DNA of 64,000 nucleotides, from the NCBI GenBank assembly GCA_028534125.1, contig CM052816.1, positions 70,372,001-70,436,000 of the forward strand. The letters are read 5' to 3'. The notes below the pieces were generated by a model. The model saw only the letters and a program-made list of their open reading frames with translations. It was not told the DNA's origin and made no database searches. Below are positions 13,966-25,963 of the stretch, piece by piece; positions within the stretch are counted from its first letter, which is position 1; each line of letters opens with the position of its first letter. The position numbers and the translations under genes are program-made. This DNA comes from Lama glama. Lineage: Eukaryota.

Positions 13966-16059
13966 GTGCTCCCCGCCCACCCAGCCCCCTTCACCGCGGT
14001 ACCCCCTGCCTGCTGGTCCCGCTAGATGTTTTGAGTGCAAAACCTCGGTCACTGGTCTCATTCTCCCGAATCCCACTAGCCTTTAAAATTATTCTAGAGG
14101 TCCCCAATGCCCTTACAGAATTTTTGAAGATGAGAATAATCCCTTAAAACTATACGTTAAAAAAAAAAAAGGCAACACCATCACCACTCAATTTATAGTA
14201 AAGAATAAGACACATAACTTTTACATAGAAGAGAGCAACAGAGCAACTGGTTTCTTATAGCATCTAAACTAATAAGAATCTAAATTGATTTTGGCCAGTT
14301 ATCCAGTTTAGTGTAACCTGGGTAAGCACTGGACCTAACCTTGACCTTCCCCTTGGCTAGCCCTCCCTACTTCAAATTTGTTCCAGCAGAATCTTCTGAA
14401 CAGGATTTATAGAAAGACCAACAGTGCAGTGCAACTATGGACAGAGATTCTGGTGCTGCATTTGCTGTGGCCACGTCTTACCTAATGCCAAATTTTCTGT
14501 TGCTTCTTGGTCCATTTTTAGATGTCTGTATAGTAAGGGAGGAATTCTCCAATATTCCATTAGAGTTTCTGAGTAGTCTGAGTAGTTGCAACTCAGTGTC
14601 TCAACTCAGTCAGGTAGAAATTTATAAAGGTTTTGTTTCTTGCAGTTACTGCCTTCGACTGTGTCTCATTCATTCTCCATTTCTTGTCATTTAATACCAT
14701 CTGGGGTCTATCACATAAATTTCCAGTCACTTGGAGCCATTAAAACTCACTTAATTTAAATTTCTACCTCAAATTTGATTTAAATCCCTTCCCTCCTTTG
14801 TGATCTTTCTTGTGTGGTCCATGGATGAATCCTTCAGGGCCTGTAGGACCTGTCCACGCAACAGTTGCCTGCCCAAGAGACCAGGAGGTCACCAGTGTGG
14901 GCAGCGCAAGATGCCTAAAACCTGGCTACTTTCAGTGGTACCCACTTGACCCACAGTCAGTTCACTCATCTTTGCCATCATGAAGTGGAGAAGGAGACCA
15001 CTCCCCCTCTCCCTTCTGCTGTCTCTCTTTAGGTCCCCCACCCAGATAGGCACAGGAACAAATCAACCAGTTTGCTGCCCAAACAGACATCTCCCCAAGG
15101 CATCCATCCATTCAGCTAAGAGTGAGTCACGTAGGGCTCAGTCTGAGCCGTTCTCTTGCAGCCTCACTAGCACTTGTCTTGGTGACAGGAGTGCTCTCCT
15201 CTTCTCCCCAGCGAAGGGGGCGAATCATCTTTCATTTAGACCTCACAATTACCCTGAGGACAAAAATCCGACTCTTACCCTTTCCTCTCCCAGTCCTCTG
15301 ACTTTCAAACTGGAAGGGGGGAGGGGGACAGTCACGTGTGGGTGGGTTAGTTCTGCAGACACTTCGTAAGCCCCGAGGAGCTGTCTGGTCCATTGCTGGC
15401 CGCTCTCTTCAGAAGGCAGGCACTTGATAATTTCACATGTAGTGTTCTCTGTTCTTGAAGTCTGCTCAATATCTGCTAAACTGTTGGATTTGAGCTGGTT
15501 GAATCCACTCAAGCACATCCAGTTAGGAGTGACAGAGAACGTGCCCCAAGATGGCTTGGCCAATGAAGAAGTAGGCTGTCTCACTTAAATTCAAAATTCC
15601 AAGTGGGAAGATATGGCTTCAGGTCATATTGACTCCTGGTTCAAATGGTGTCCTTGAGTCCCCATCTCTGCTGTATTTTCTCTGGGTGAGAAATGGTAGG
15701 TGGAGGAGTGTCAGGGTCCTTGTGGAGGCTGGCTCAAGGCTTACATCATCACACCCCAGCAGAGGAGAATCCACTTTCCCAGTTGCTCAAACAAAAATCC
15801 TGGAATGTGGCTTAGGTCATGTGCTCATCCCTGACCCAGTCACAGCATTTGGAGATGGCTGATGCCACCTTGAGAGCCAACTGTAGTTTGGAAATGACTT
15901 TTCTCCTCTCCCACCTCTTATGACATCTATCAAAGGAGACCACTGGTTTCCCAGAACCACCCTTGTTCAAACATAACCTGAGGGTAGATACACTTTAGGA
16001 CCTGGGTCTAAAGTACAAGTCTGGGAACATAATGAAGCTGTGGCTGGGTTTCAGAGCAG

Positions 16060-16310
16060 CCTGAAGAATAATGGTTACAAGTTTAGGGCCTTGGAATAGG
16101 ACAGAACTGGATCCAAATCCTGGCTCTATGAGAGCAAGGAAACATGACCAAGTACTTAACTTCTCTGAGACTCAGTTTTCCCAGCTATAAAATGGGAGTG
16201 TTAATAATTTGTAAATCATTGAGTTGTTAAGAGGTTAGCATAAATCATGCCTGGTACAATAATTATTGTGTAAAGCCTGGCACAATTAGGTCCTCCATAA
16301 ATACTGTTTT
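16060..16310. mobile_element. MIR SINE
   Basis: caagtacttaacttctctgagactcagttttcccagctataaaatggg core. Confidence 0.8.
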
Positions 16311-17093
16311 TATTGGTAAGAACTTCCTCCTTTGCGTACAGAGACCAATACTACGGAAGAATGTACAAAATTATGAAGGTTCTCCTTGCATTTCCTAGAA
16401 GGGACCAATTTGACAGTGTTGTCCCGGGGGTGAGTATATTTTCCTGCCAATTCTCCTCTTGTTCTTTACACACAGCAAATCGAGGACCCAGTGTGAAAGA
16501 TGGAGGGTGGGGGGAACCTTAGTATATGAAATGTCTTAAGCACCTGTGTGTGTGTGTGTACTAGGAAGTTCATGTTAAGAATAAGCTACCAGATATCTGT
16601 TGATCATTTCCAAAGAGCAACATAGGGCACTTCAGAAAATGCCAAATTTGAGTCACGTATGAATTTAGCAGCACCCCCAAACAGAAGGCAAAAGTCCTTC
16701 TACTCTTAGATGTGTCCCCACAAAACAGGGAAAATTGAGGCATTATTGATTTGACATTTAAAGCAAAGCAATCTTGCCCTTAAATTTAAGGAAATTGTAA
16801 AAATGTTTGTAGTATTAATTCATTTCTAAAATGCATTTTATATTTATTAAAAAATTAATACTGGATTAAACATGAGAGAACATTTTTTAATATCAGCTAG
16901 GAACTCCACCTTTCTGAAACATAAAATGTTATTTTTTTTGAGAAATAGCAACCATGGAGGCAATCTTCCCAAGTGAAACATGTGAATTATGTTGAAATAT
17001 TTGTTGTGACTACGTAAATATAAAATGTAACAACAGCCCATTATGTATTCCAAAACTGAGCTTCCGTTTAGTCTGAGAATAAGATAGCAGTTG

Positions 17094-17107
17094 GTGCCCT
17101 CTTGTGG
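17094..17107 (-). promoter_or_regulatory. CTCF core motif candidate (CCACAAGAGGGCAC)
   Basis: 13/14 match to CCASYAGRKGGCRS. Confidence 0.5.
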
Positions 17108-18159
17108 AAATGATTATTTTAGACGTTGGAAAGGAAAATCTACACAGTATTGAGGCATGCCTATCACAGATGTGCTTTTTCCACTTTCAGTGACTTCAAA
17201 TTAATCATGTACTTTTGTTTATACACGAAGTCCAGGAGAAGATTTTAGTATGTAGCATCATGGTGGTCTTCACATTTACATTATGGCTGTTTTTTTCTTA
17301 AGTAGATTTTGATTTGTCATCTGCTTCAGCTATTCTATGAACCTTAATCAGACCTTGTGTGTGTACGTTTGTATTTCACCTCAAAAAGTTGAACTAAATA
17401 AGTACATTGAAATACAAATAAAAAATCCTTCTCCCAAGCTTTAAACCTCTGTCCAGCCTCTGCCCTGCCGAAACTTCTCTTGATGGCTTCCCTCCAGGGA
17501 CAGGTTTTGACCAAGCTCCTGAACCAGTTTTGACTAAGAAAATCCTCTACCAGCTTCAACAGCCACGACCCCCTCCATCTCCTTAGCAGCTGGCCATCCT
17601 GCTACATGTCAGAATATAAAGAACAGTCACATTGATCCAAGACTGAAAGTGATTCTTGGGCTACAGAATTCTCTGGTATTCAAGGTATTCAAGGAGTGGG
17701 TGGCCAACTGCTTGGTAGGCACACAGCAGAGTGCATTCATGGTCAGTTATTTGGATTCAGTGATCTTCATCACCCCTTCCCACTCTGAGATTCAGAAGCT
17801 CCTCTAGGTAATCTGATTGCCTGCCCCACTGAGTGAACTAATCATCAGTCCTGGGATAGCTGTGCAGATTTGAACCCCCTCCTTGCAGGTCTGGATGTCC
17901 CTCTGGAATTGCTCTGTCAAACTCTCAGAGCCTTCACAGGACCATTCCAAGTGCACATTAACCAGGCCAGAGCATAACAGACACATGAAACCCTTTCACC
18001 ATTATTTTATACAGTTATAAATAATCACAGAATTTATAAATTATCTTTAGCCAAGCATAATTATGGGTGGATGCCGGTTCAGATAGGGAGGTGGTAGAAG
18101 GTGTAGGTGCACATATTCAAGGGAAACATGAAGCATCTGGGAGTGAAGGTCATGTGTGG

Positions 18160-18360
18160 GTTTGGGGGCACAAAGAAGCCAGCTGCTAACCCTGGTTCTG
18201 TTAGTTACTAGATGAATGACCTCAGATAAATGTCTAACCTCCTTTCATCTGTAAAATAAGAATGATTGTGCTTACTTCACAGGGTAAGGATTAAATGGCT
18301 TAAGAAAGCACAGAGCATGGTACTTAGCACCCAGAAGTCTCTCAAAATATGTTAGGTATT
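18160..18360. mobile_element. MIR SINE
   Basis: tgacctcagataaatgtctaacctc...tcatctgtaaaataag. Confidence 0.65.
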
Positions 18361-19659
18361 CTCGATAAGGGGCGGAAACAATATAAAAGGTGGAGCCATG
18401 GCCCTAAAGGGTCCCTGATGTTTAAGACCCCATAGGTCTTAACTAGATAAGTGTTCTCTGTATACAATTAAATTGTGTTCATTGATTATCCCTGATAAGC
18501 TTACCTTATGAATCAGGTGACTGTCTCCATCTTCCCTAATATTTTATCTTTGATTATTGATTAGGGCACATTTTAATCTCTCAGCATTTGGATTCACACA
18601 GTAGAAGCACTCTTAGCTGACTCAGAATTAAATATCGATAAGGGCAGAGCCTTGTAATTTGTACAACTCACTTGTCTTTTCTTAAGGACATCTCTGAGCT
18701 TGACACCAAAAACTTTTAGGTCCCCAGGTGAAGAAGGACCTGTGGAGAACTTTGATAGATGAGCCCTGACTGTTCCGTAGTTCAGGGTCAGACTATTGGA
18801 TTGGTCAGGCCTACACACTGGGGGATCACAGTGTATGCAAAGGGATAATTTGTGAAGACATACTAGCATCCAGAAGATGCGTAATCTAAGACAAATTCTT
18901 TTGGAGGAAATTTGTAATTATTAGCAGAAGTGATGCCATCATGTGGCAAGAGCAAAAATAGCAGGCACCCAGAGGCAGTTCTGAGCAGCAGTATTTGACT
19001 GATTTTTAATTGATTGATTTTGGTAATTGGATTAATTGATTTTCATTCATTTATTTCAATGAATTCAATTATTTAAATTATTGTTATTTCAAATATTTTA
19101 CAAAGTGAAACTTCACTACTATTTTTTAGTTAGATGATTTCAGATGCATGTAGTTCAAGTGTGCATAAAATATGAAAAAAATATGAAAAAAACTCCTGAA
19201 GCTAAGTGAAGGGTAGGGTTAACTAGACATTAGATTGTTTTGCTTTGCTTGGAGCTCTACAAAGTAATGCAATTGATTCTCTGAGTAAAAATATATAGAG
19301 TGCTAACAGAATTGACCAGCATTATGATTCAACCTTGTAAACTGACTATACTTCAATAAAAAAGTAATGAAACTACAAAAAATATATATATATAAAGGCA
19401 AGGTTTTGTAGTCAATATAGTAGGCTGAGTGCATGTAAATGTAAAAAAAAAGTGAGAAAGCTACAGCTGAGGAGGTCTAGATTAGGCTTTAGAAACCTGG
19501 AGCTGGAGAAAAAGTACCGTGGTCTGTAGGAATGAGAACACAGAGCAAAAGCAAGAGTTTTAAATTAAAGTTTATACTTAGAAAAATTAACCCCTGAATT
19601 CCCAGCCAAAATTGGAATGTATCTCTCTGGCTTCTATTCCAAAATGCTATGGAAAAAGC

Positions 19660-20320
19660 CTCTTCTTTGGGTGAAGATAGAGTGACATGGACAAGATTTA
19701 TCCTTCCAATTAAAACAGCTAAAAAACTGGATAAAAATATATGAAACAACAGTTCTTAGGACAATGAGAAAAACTTAAAAGCAGACAAAGGCCAAAAAAA
19801 GACATTATATACAGAGGAACAAAGATAAAGTAACAGTAGAAACAATAAAAATTAAACGCCATAAATAAATATCTTTAAAGTACCTAAAGAAAAATAATTG
19901 CCGACCTAGAATTAGGTTGGATATAGTGTTCTATATATTAATGAGATTAAATTGATGAATTGTTATATCCAAATCTTCTATATGCCTACTGATTTTGGTC
20001 TGCTTGTTTGTCTATCAGTTGATAGACATGTGTTAAAGTCCTCAACTATGATGATGGATTTATCTACTTTTGCTTTAATTCTGTCAATATTTGCTTTATG
20101 TATTTTGAAGTCATGTTATATGGTATATACTAATTTAAGATTGTTGTACCTTCTTCTTGAATTGACCTTTTTATTATGATGTAATATCCCTCATCTCTTA
20201 TACTTCTTGACTTTTAATATATTTTGTTCTATGTGCATATAGTCACACCAGGTTTCTTTTAGTTAGTGTTTGCACAGTGTATCTCTTTCCATTCTTTTAT
20301 TTTCAGTCTGCTTACTTTCT
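19660..20320. mobile_element. Old, degraded L1M fragments
   Basis: gacattatatacagaggaacaaagataa...atctttaaagtacctaaagaaaa, followed by T-rich antisense L1-like sequence. Confidence 0.55.
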
Positions 20321-20673
20321 TCTTGAGCTCTGTTTCCCTGTGCCAGGGTTTGGAAAATACCCTCAAAGAGAAATCTGGAATGAAACTGAGGCTCACCACG
20401 TGTGCTTTCCTCCCCTCAAGGACCTTAGTCCTCTCTCTCCAGTGTCTGCAGATAGTTGTTTAATGTATTCTTCCAGCTTTGATATCTTTTTGTGTGAAAG
20501 GAAGCCTGAGCCCAGCTACTTTTTCTATTATGACTTAATAGAAGTTCCATTTGTTTTGATTTCTTATTCGGGGACAGATATTAACTTTATGTTCTATGGT
20601 CTTTATACCTACTTCATATTTATTATGTTCTATGTAATTGTTTAACCTCTTCTTTTTCTCTGTGCTCATAATA

Positions 20674-20874
20674 CAGTTGACTCTTGAACAACATGTGCCG
20701 ACCCTCCATGCAGGGAAAATTCACGTATAACTTTGCCATCGGCCTTTGGTATCCATGGTTCACAGATTCCATCAACCCCGGATAGCACAGTACTGTAGTG
20801 TTTACTGTTGAAAAAAAAATCTGTGTATAATTGGACCCATATGATTCAAGCCCCTGTTGTTCAAGAATCAACTG
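20674..20874. mobile_element. Tigger2/MER8-like Tc1-mariner MITE with terminal inverted repeats and TA target-site duplications
   Basis: TA|CAGTTGACTCTTGAACAACA ... TGTTGTTCAAGAATCAACTG|TA (19/20 inverted match). Confidence 0.9.
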
Positions 20875-20894
20875 TAATTGTTTTCAGAATCTCC

Positions 20895-21100
20895 TCTAGA
20901 CTTACAGTTCAATAAATAGCTACTAACCATGTGTGGTTATTTATATCTAAATTAATTTTTAAATAGTTTTAATGTAAAATTCAGTTCCTTGATTGCACTA
21001 ACCACATTTTAAGTCTTCAGTAGGCACTGTGGCTACTCTAACAGGTAGCACAGTTATAGAACATTCCAATCACTGCAGAAAGTTCTACTGGACAGTGCTG
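20895..21100. mobile_element. MER3/MER33-like hAT-Charlie element
   Basis: aaaattcagttcctt...cactaaccacatttt...atagaacattccaatcactgcagaaagttctactggacagtgctg. Confidence 0.75.
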
Positions 21101-21554
21101 CTCTATACCAATAATTAGGTCTCTGCTTATATTTTTCTGCTTTCTTATATATTTATTGCTTGGTTTTGTAACAGTCCTATGTTACTCCTCGACATTTCCT
21201 TGTAACCTTTATTTCTGTTTTGTGGTTCTATCTTATCCTTGAAGTCGTCTTATACAAATTTGTGTCCTTGTAAATTCTCTTACAGTGTAAAGCCCTGTGG
21301 GGAGGTTTTCCTTGGCAAGGATTTTTGCTTTCTACTATATTTTTTAATCTATCATTTGCAACCTACATTTTAAAATATTTGTTTAACTTTATTTAAGTTT
21401 CACCAAAATATATTTTCCCTTGTTTACATTTTGTTTCATTTCTCATTTTACTGATACTTAACATGGAAAGATTTGTCCAGACCTATTTATGCTCATTTAT
21501 AACCTAAATTCTCTTTCACTCCATTCTTTTTTCCTTACTTTATAAGCGATGCTG

Positions 21555-21765
21555 CAAGGTTGGCAAATATGGCCTGAGGGACAAAGTGGCCCATTTCCTA
21601 TTTTTAAAAATCATTTTATTGAAACAGAGCCCCACTCATTCACTTACACGTTGTCACCAGCTGCTCTTATGCTACAACCGGAGAGGTGAGCGACTGTGAC
21701 AGAGCAGAGTGGGATGTCTAAATATTTACTGTCTGGTTCTTTACAAAAAAGTTTGCCGAACCCTG
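21555..21765. mobile_element. MER58A-like hAT element
   Basis: Termini caaggttggcaaa ... tttgccgaaccctg; internal ttttattgaaacagagcc and aaatatttactgtctgg. Confidence 0.8.
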
Positions 21766-22779
21766 AGGTACAGAGAAGGAAAAACGTGGAGCCTGAGGGC
21801 AAGGGGTAGGATGAGAATTGAAGTTGGAAGAGACTTTTCTCTGCTAAGCCTGCCTGCATCCTCCACTGACCCAGCCAGGCTCTGTTCTCTCTTTGGGCTT
21901 TATTAAAGATCTTCAGCCTGGGTCTATTTCATAGTGCCAGGAGCACCTCTTTATATCCAGGGATAAACTTGGGTGTATCATCAGATCCTCCTCAGCCGCT
22001 AGTTGGATTTGGGCCTCTGAAACTTTTGTTACTTTGAAGGAAAGGCAGCCCCACTTGTGCTCTTGCCCTGTATTCAGGTGTCAGACATTTCTACTCTTAG
22101 ATTGCTGACAGATGTGTGAAAGTGGATTTGGCTCCCCTCTTGAGCACCTGCAGGATGAGAAGGGCTTTTCCTGGCCTGTCCACCAAGGATTCTGGGCTCA
22201 GCCCCTCCCTGCACCTGCAACTGCCTCAGGTCTCTTTTTATTTCTGAAGGGGTGGGATGGGACTTCTGTAGATTTCTGATTCACCAGCTTCTGTTTGGTA
22301 AGATTTTTTCAGCTTTTTGTTTTCCTCAGCTCTCCCTCTTAGTGCTTCCAGAAAGTGAGTACTAGGAGCTTTCTAGAGCCTACACCAAGCTCCTTAAAAG
22401 AGCTTTGCTTTTCGTTTGCTAATAGCCCCTGTGTGGTATTTTTTCTCTGCTTTTTAAACTATTTGTTTGGTATCGGTTCAATTTTACAGTAATGAAATTC
22501 TGAGATCTGGCTTTCCTCTGCCATCTAAAGCTGGGAGATTGTACACTGGTTTTGGAATACGGTCAGTCAAGAACACGACCTGCAATTGGAATAACTAACC
22601 GCAAGGGGGAGTGCTTTTTTAAATTTTTCATTTCCCTCAATAAACAAGTGTATGTATTTTATCCTAGGTTTTATGTTTGTATTCAAAATGACCAATGAAT
22701 AAAATTATACAGGTTCAACATAAACCCATCTAGAATTGCTCATTTTAACAAATCACCCTCCTGACCCTAACGACAAACA

Positions 22780-22975
22780 TGCACCCTGCTCCTCCCCTAC
22801 TCATTTCCTTATCACTCATCACACACTGTCCTTACTTGTTTTCTTACATGTAGCCTGTCTTCCTAACTAGACAGTAAGGTACAAGATGCAAGGTCTTTAT
22901 TTTTATAGTTCACAGATGTATCTTGAGTGCTTAAATAACAATAAGGACTCAATAAATATTCATAGAATGAATACA
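22780..22975 (+). mobile_element. L2 3' end fragment
   Basis: ctagacagtaag...ctcaataaatattcatagaatgaat. Confidence 0.6.
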
Positions 22976-24359
22976 TTACTTAGAAAAATAAAGCAACACA
23001 GAAATTACAAGAGGAAGCAAAAGTATTTTTAATATCATCCACAATTCCACTGGCCAGGTACAGCAACTGTTGTCATATAGTGAATGTTATTCCATCCCTT
23101 TTCTCTGGGCATTAAAGTTTACACACACATACACACATATGCAATTACACTATATACTATTTTCCTTTCAAGATTTTACTTTATTTCTACTTGGATTTAA
23201 CAACAGCAAAATAACTGAAGTGAAACGCAAGAAATTAAAAATCCTGAGATTATTTATTCACAAGACATAGTTGCCCCTAAAAGATCCTTCTAAACTTAAG
23301 ATTATGGGAAATATTAAGAGGCTTGAATCAATGTTTTGTAATTAGATCTTCCGATTTTGAGCAGCTTCTATTACTTTTTCAAAATATTCTGATGTCATTT
23401 ATATTTTATTCCATCACCATAAGCCCACAATTATGTTTGTTTTATATTTAAATGGATTAAAATCTCACCTCCAGTTTATTTATTTATTTATCATTAACTT
23501 CCTTGTTACTGAGTTTTAAAGTCTGATTACCCTCCTGATTGATGGGATTTTCGCCCAAGGAGATTTTTTAAAGAAGGGCTCTTGTTTATGGTATTTTTTC
23601 AGTTTTTGTGGGCTTAGGAGTACCAGGTTTGGCCTTTACTGACACCAGCTTGGCTGTATGTAATATTCGGGGTCATGCTTTTGCTCTCAGCCTTTTTAAG
23701 GTATTGCACACCAGCATCCACTGGCATCAGATGTTTCGGACAAGTCTATGGTCATTGCCGTCATTCCCCTGATTTTCTACCTGGATGTGAATATAATTCT
23801 TTATCCTTGATGTTTAACAACTTTGCCAGAATATATGTTGGTATTAGTCCTTGTCAGCTTTTCCTGCCATGGGCTAATACTTCATATCTTCAGCCTCATT
23901 TCCCACTTCCTTGCAGGGACACGACCACCTTGCCAACTATTTGTCCTTCTGTGACCTCATTATGCTGCTTTATATCCCTCTGGCTTGGCACAGCCTATTA
24001 AAAATCCCTCACCACTACCCCCACCTACCATTTGCTGCCGCTCATTCCAGCAGATTTAGCTAAAGCATCTATCCCCTCCATGAGGACTTCCTAGAGCACA
24101 ATCCTCAGGTGACCGGCCACCCTCTCCCTCCACTCTCATGAAATGTAACATGTATCCCTAGTATTACATTTGCTGCACTGAATTACCATTACTGCTTTAT
24201 GACTGTCTCACATCCAGGATTGTGAGCTCTAAGGGGAGGGCTGCCTAACTATACCCTCATATCTATGCAATTCAGAGCAGTTCTCGTTGGTAAAAAGGTG
24301 GAGGTGTTAGATGGAGTATGCGGATAAATTACTAAGCAGCTAGTAAACAGGAAAAGCGG

Positions 24360-25090
24360 AAATTTGATACAGTTCGAGTGCTCGGATACGTTGAAGGCTT
24401 TAAGTCTTTATGGAACAGTAATCCGGAAGGCGGGGTAGCTAAAAAGTGTCAGAAGAAGCCTACAGGTGAGCAAGAGGAAAAGCCGAACTGCCGGAACGCA
24501 GGTGGCAGGGTTCCAGCAGAGCCTGGGGACTGCTCTCCCGCATCTCGACTTCTCGTAGGAAGAGAAGGCATGCGTGGTCAGCCCTTTTGCCTTTTAGTGA
24601 CACCTACAGCTCTCGCTCACCACCGCGACCCACCAGCGCGCGAACCAGCTTTCCGCGGATCGGTCAGCGGCGCAAAAGCTGCGGGAATAGCGGGGCGGGG
24701 CTAGCTTTGCGCATGCCCTGTGTGGGCGGAAGGGGCCGGCAGGTTGCGCCTGCGCGCTTCGTGGACCTGGCGTCTCCGCCTCCGCGGCCGGGACGCCGAG
24801 CGAGGGAGACGGGACGCCTGGCGGGATGGTAACGCGGTGCCAGGTGAGGATGGGGAGCCGTCCAGATGTGTCTGTTCTCGCTCTTTCCCGCCACAGACCT
24901 AGCCCTGCTCAGCTAGGCCCCGGCGGCCGTCGCCACCACGGGGGCCCCTCCCGGCTTCGGAGGCTTTGCGCCGGCCTCCCCACTGAAGGGCAAGACCACC
25001 CCTAGAACTCTTGGTGCAGGTGACGGCGTTTGGCAGGTTTCTAAAGGCACCCACGGTCTTTGCCCACCTTGCTTCTAGATTGTGCGTTCG
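24360..25090. promoter_or_regulatory. CpG island / TATA-less promoter of MOCS2
   Basis: Abrupt rise in GC and CpG; GC box GGGGCGGGGC 24692-24701; NRF1-like TGCGCATGCC 24708-24717 and TGCGCCTGCGCG 24745-24756; ETS-like CCGGAAG 24423-24429. Confidence 0.88.
24826..24843 (+). CDS. MOCS2: MOCS2A coding exon 1 (MVTRCQ)
   Basis: Strong Kozak gggATGg inside the CpG island, followed by donor CAG|gtgagg; resembles the recalled human N-terminus MVPLCQ. Confidence 0.93.
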
Positions 25091-25841
25091 AAGACAGGTT
25101 TCCAACTTAAAAAGAAATGCAGTTAACTGAGAACTCTGATGAAATGTGCTTCATCTGTGCATTTGCAAACCTTTGATTACTTGCAGACTTTTGATTATTT
25201 CATAGAGAATAATTTGCTCTGAGTGACATTTGGCTTATTTTACTTGGTTGGAGTCCTTAGATACCAGGCAGTCTGCATAGGTTTGTCCTAGGAAATACCA
25301 GTTTGTCCTGTATTTCAGGCCCATCTGCTTTTGTAAATATCAGGGTTTGTGTGTTACGTAACTTAATTCTGGACAGCTGGGTTCAGTGTAATGTAGACTT
25401 GAGTCAAAGGTTCTGTGACAATCGTGAAAGACGTGTCTTTCCCGTATTTGGTCATTTATTTTATTTGTGTAATTCATCTCTTGACTCAGACATTTGTTCC
25501 TTCACTGCCTAAGTATTTATGAAAGGTGCTGTAATATCATGTTAATTAAAGGCCCACTTCATGGTTTCTAAGAAGATATTGTTAGAGTTTTAGTTGTGGC
25601 ATGCGAACATTTATAAAAGTAAAAAGCATCCAGAAATTAGTCTGAATTGTACTTAAAACAAATTTTTTTCAAAATTTGAACTTGTAGATATACTGAAAGT
25701 TTTATGGGCACTTAATTTTCTCTAACTTATGAAGTGTCTTTAGATTAAAGAAATACATCTGGAAAACAAGAAAACCCAGCAAGGACAGTCAGAAAAGGAC
25801 TATGAGTTGTTACTGTTAAAAGCGTTTTCTCTCTTTTTCAG

Positions 25842-25963
25842 GTTGAAGTGTTGTATTTTGCAGTAAGTGCTGAAATAACAGGAATTCGTTCAGAGACCAT
25901 TTCTGTGCCACAAAAAATAAAAGCATTACAGCTGTGGAATGAGATAGAAACACGCCATCCTGG
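25842..25963 (+). CDS. MOCS2: MOCS2A coding exon 2 (VEVLYFAVSAEITGIRSETISVPQKIKALQLWNEIETRHPG)
   Basis: Acceptor ctctttttcag|GTT and donor TGG|gtaaac; 122 nt, phase 0 to 2; MoaD/ThiS-like sequence. Confidence 0.95.

Noticed and set aside
18932..18948. Weak CTCF-like motif (CCACATGATGGCAT, minus strand)
   Set aside because: Three mismatches to the core consensus
24378..25105. Several overlapping GC-rich ORFs at the promoter
   Set aside because: Expected from stop-codon depletion in a CpG island; only 24826-24843 fits a known protein
25916..25921. AATAAA inside MOCS2 exon 2
   Set aside because: By-product of Lys-Ile-Lys codons, immediately upstream of a splice donor; no sign of use
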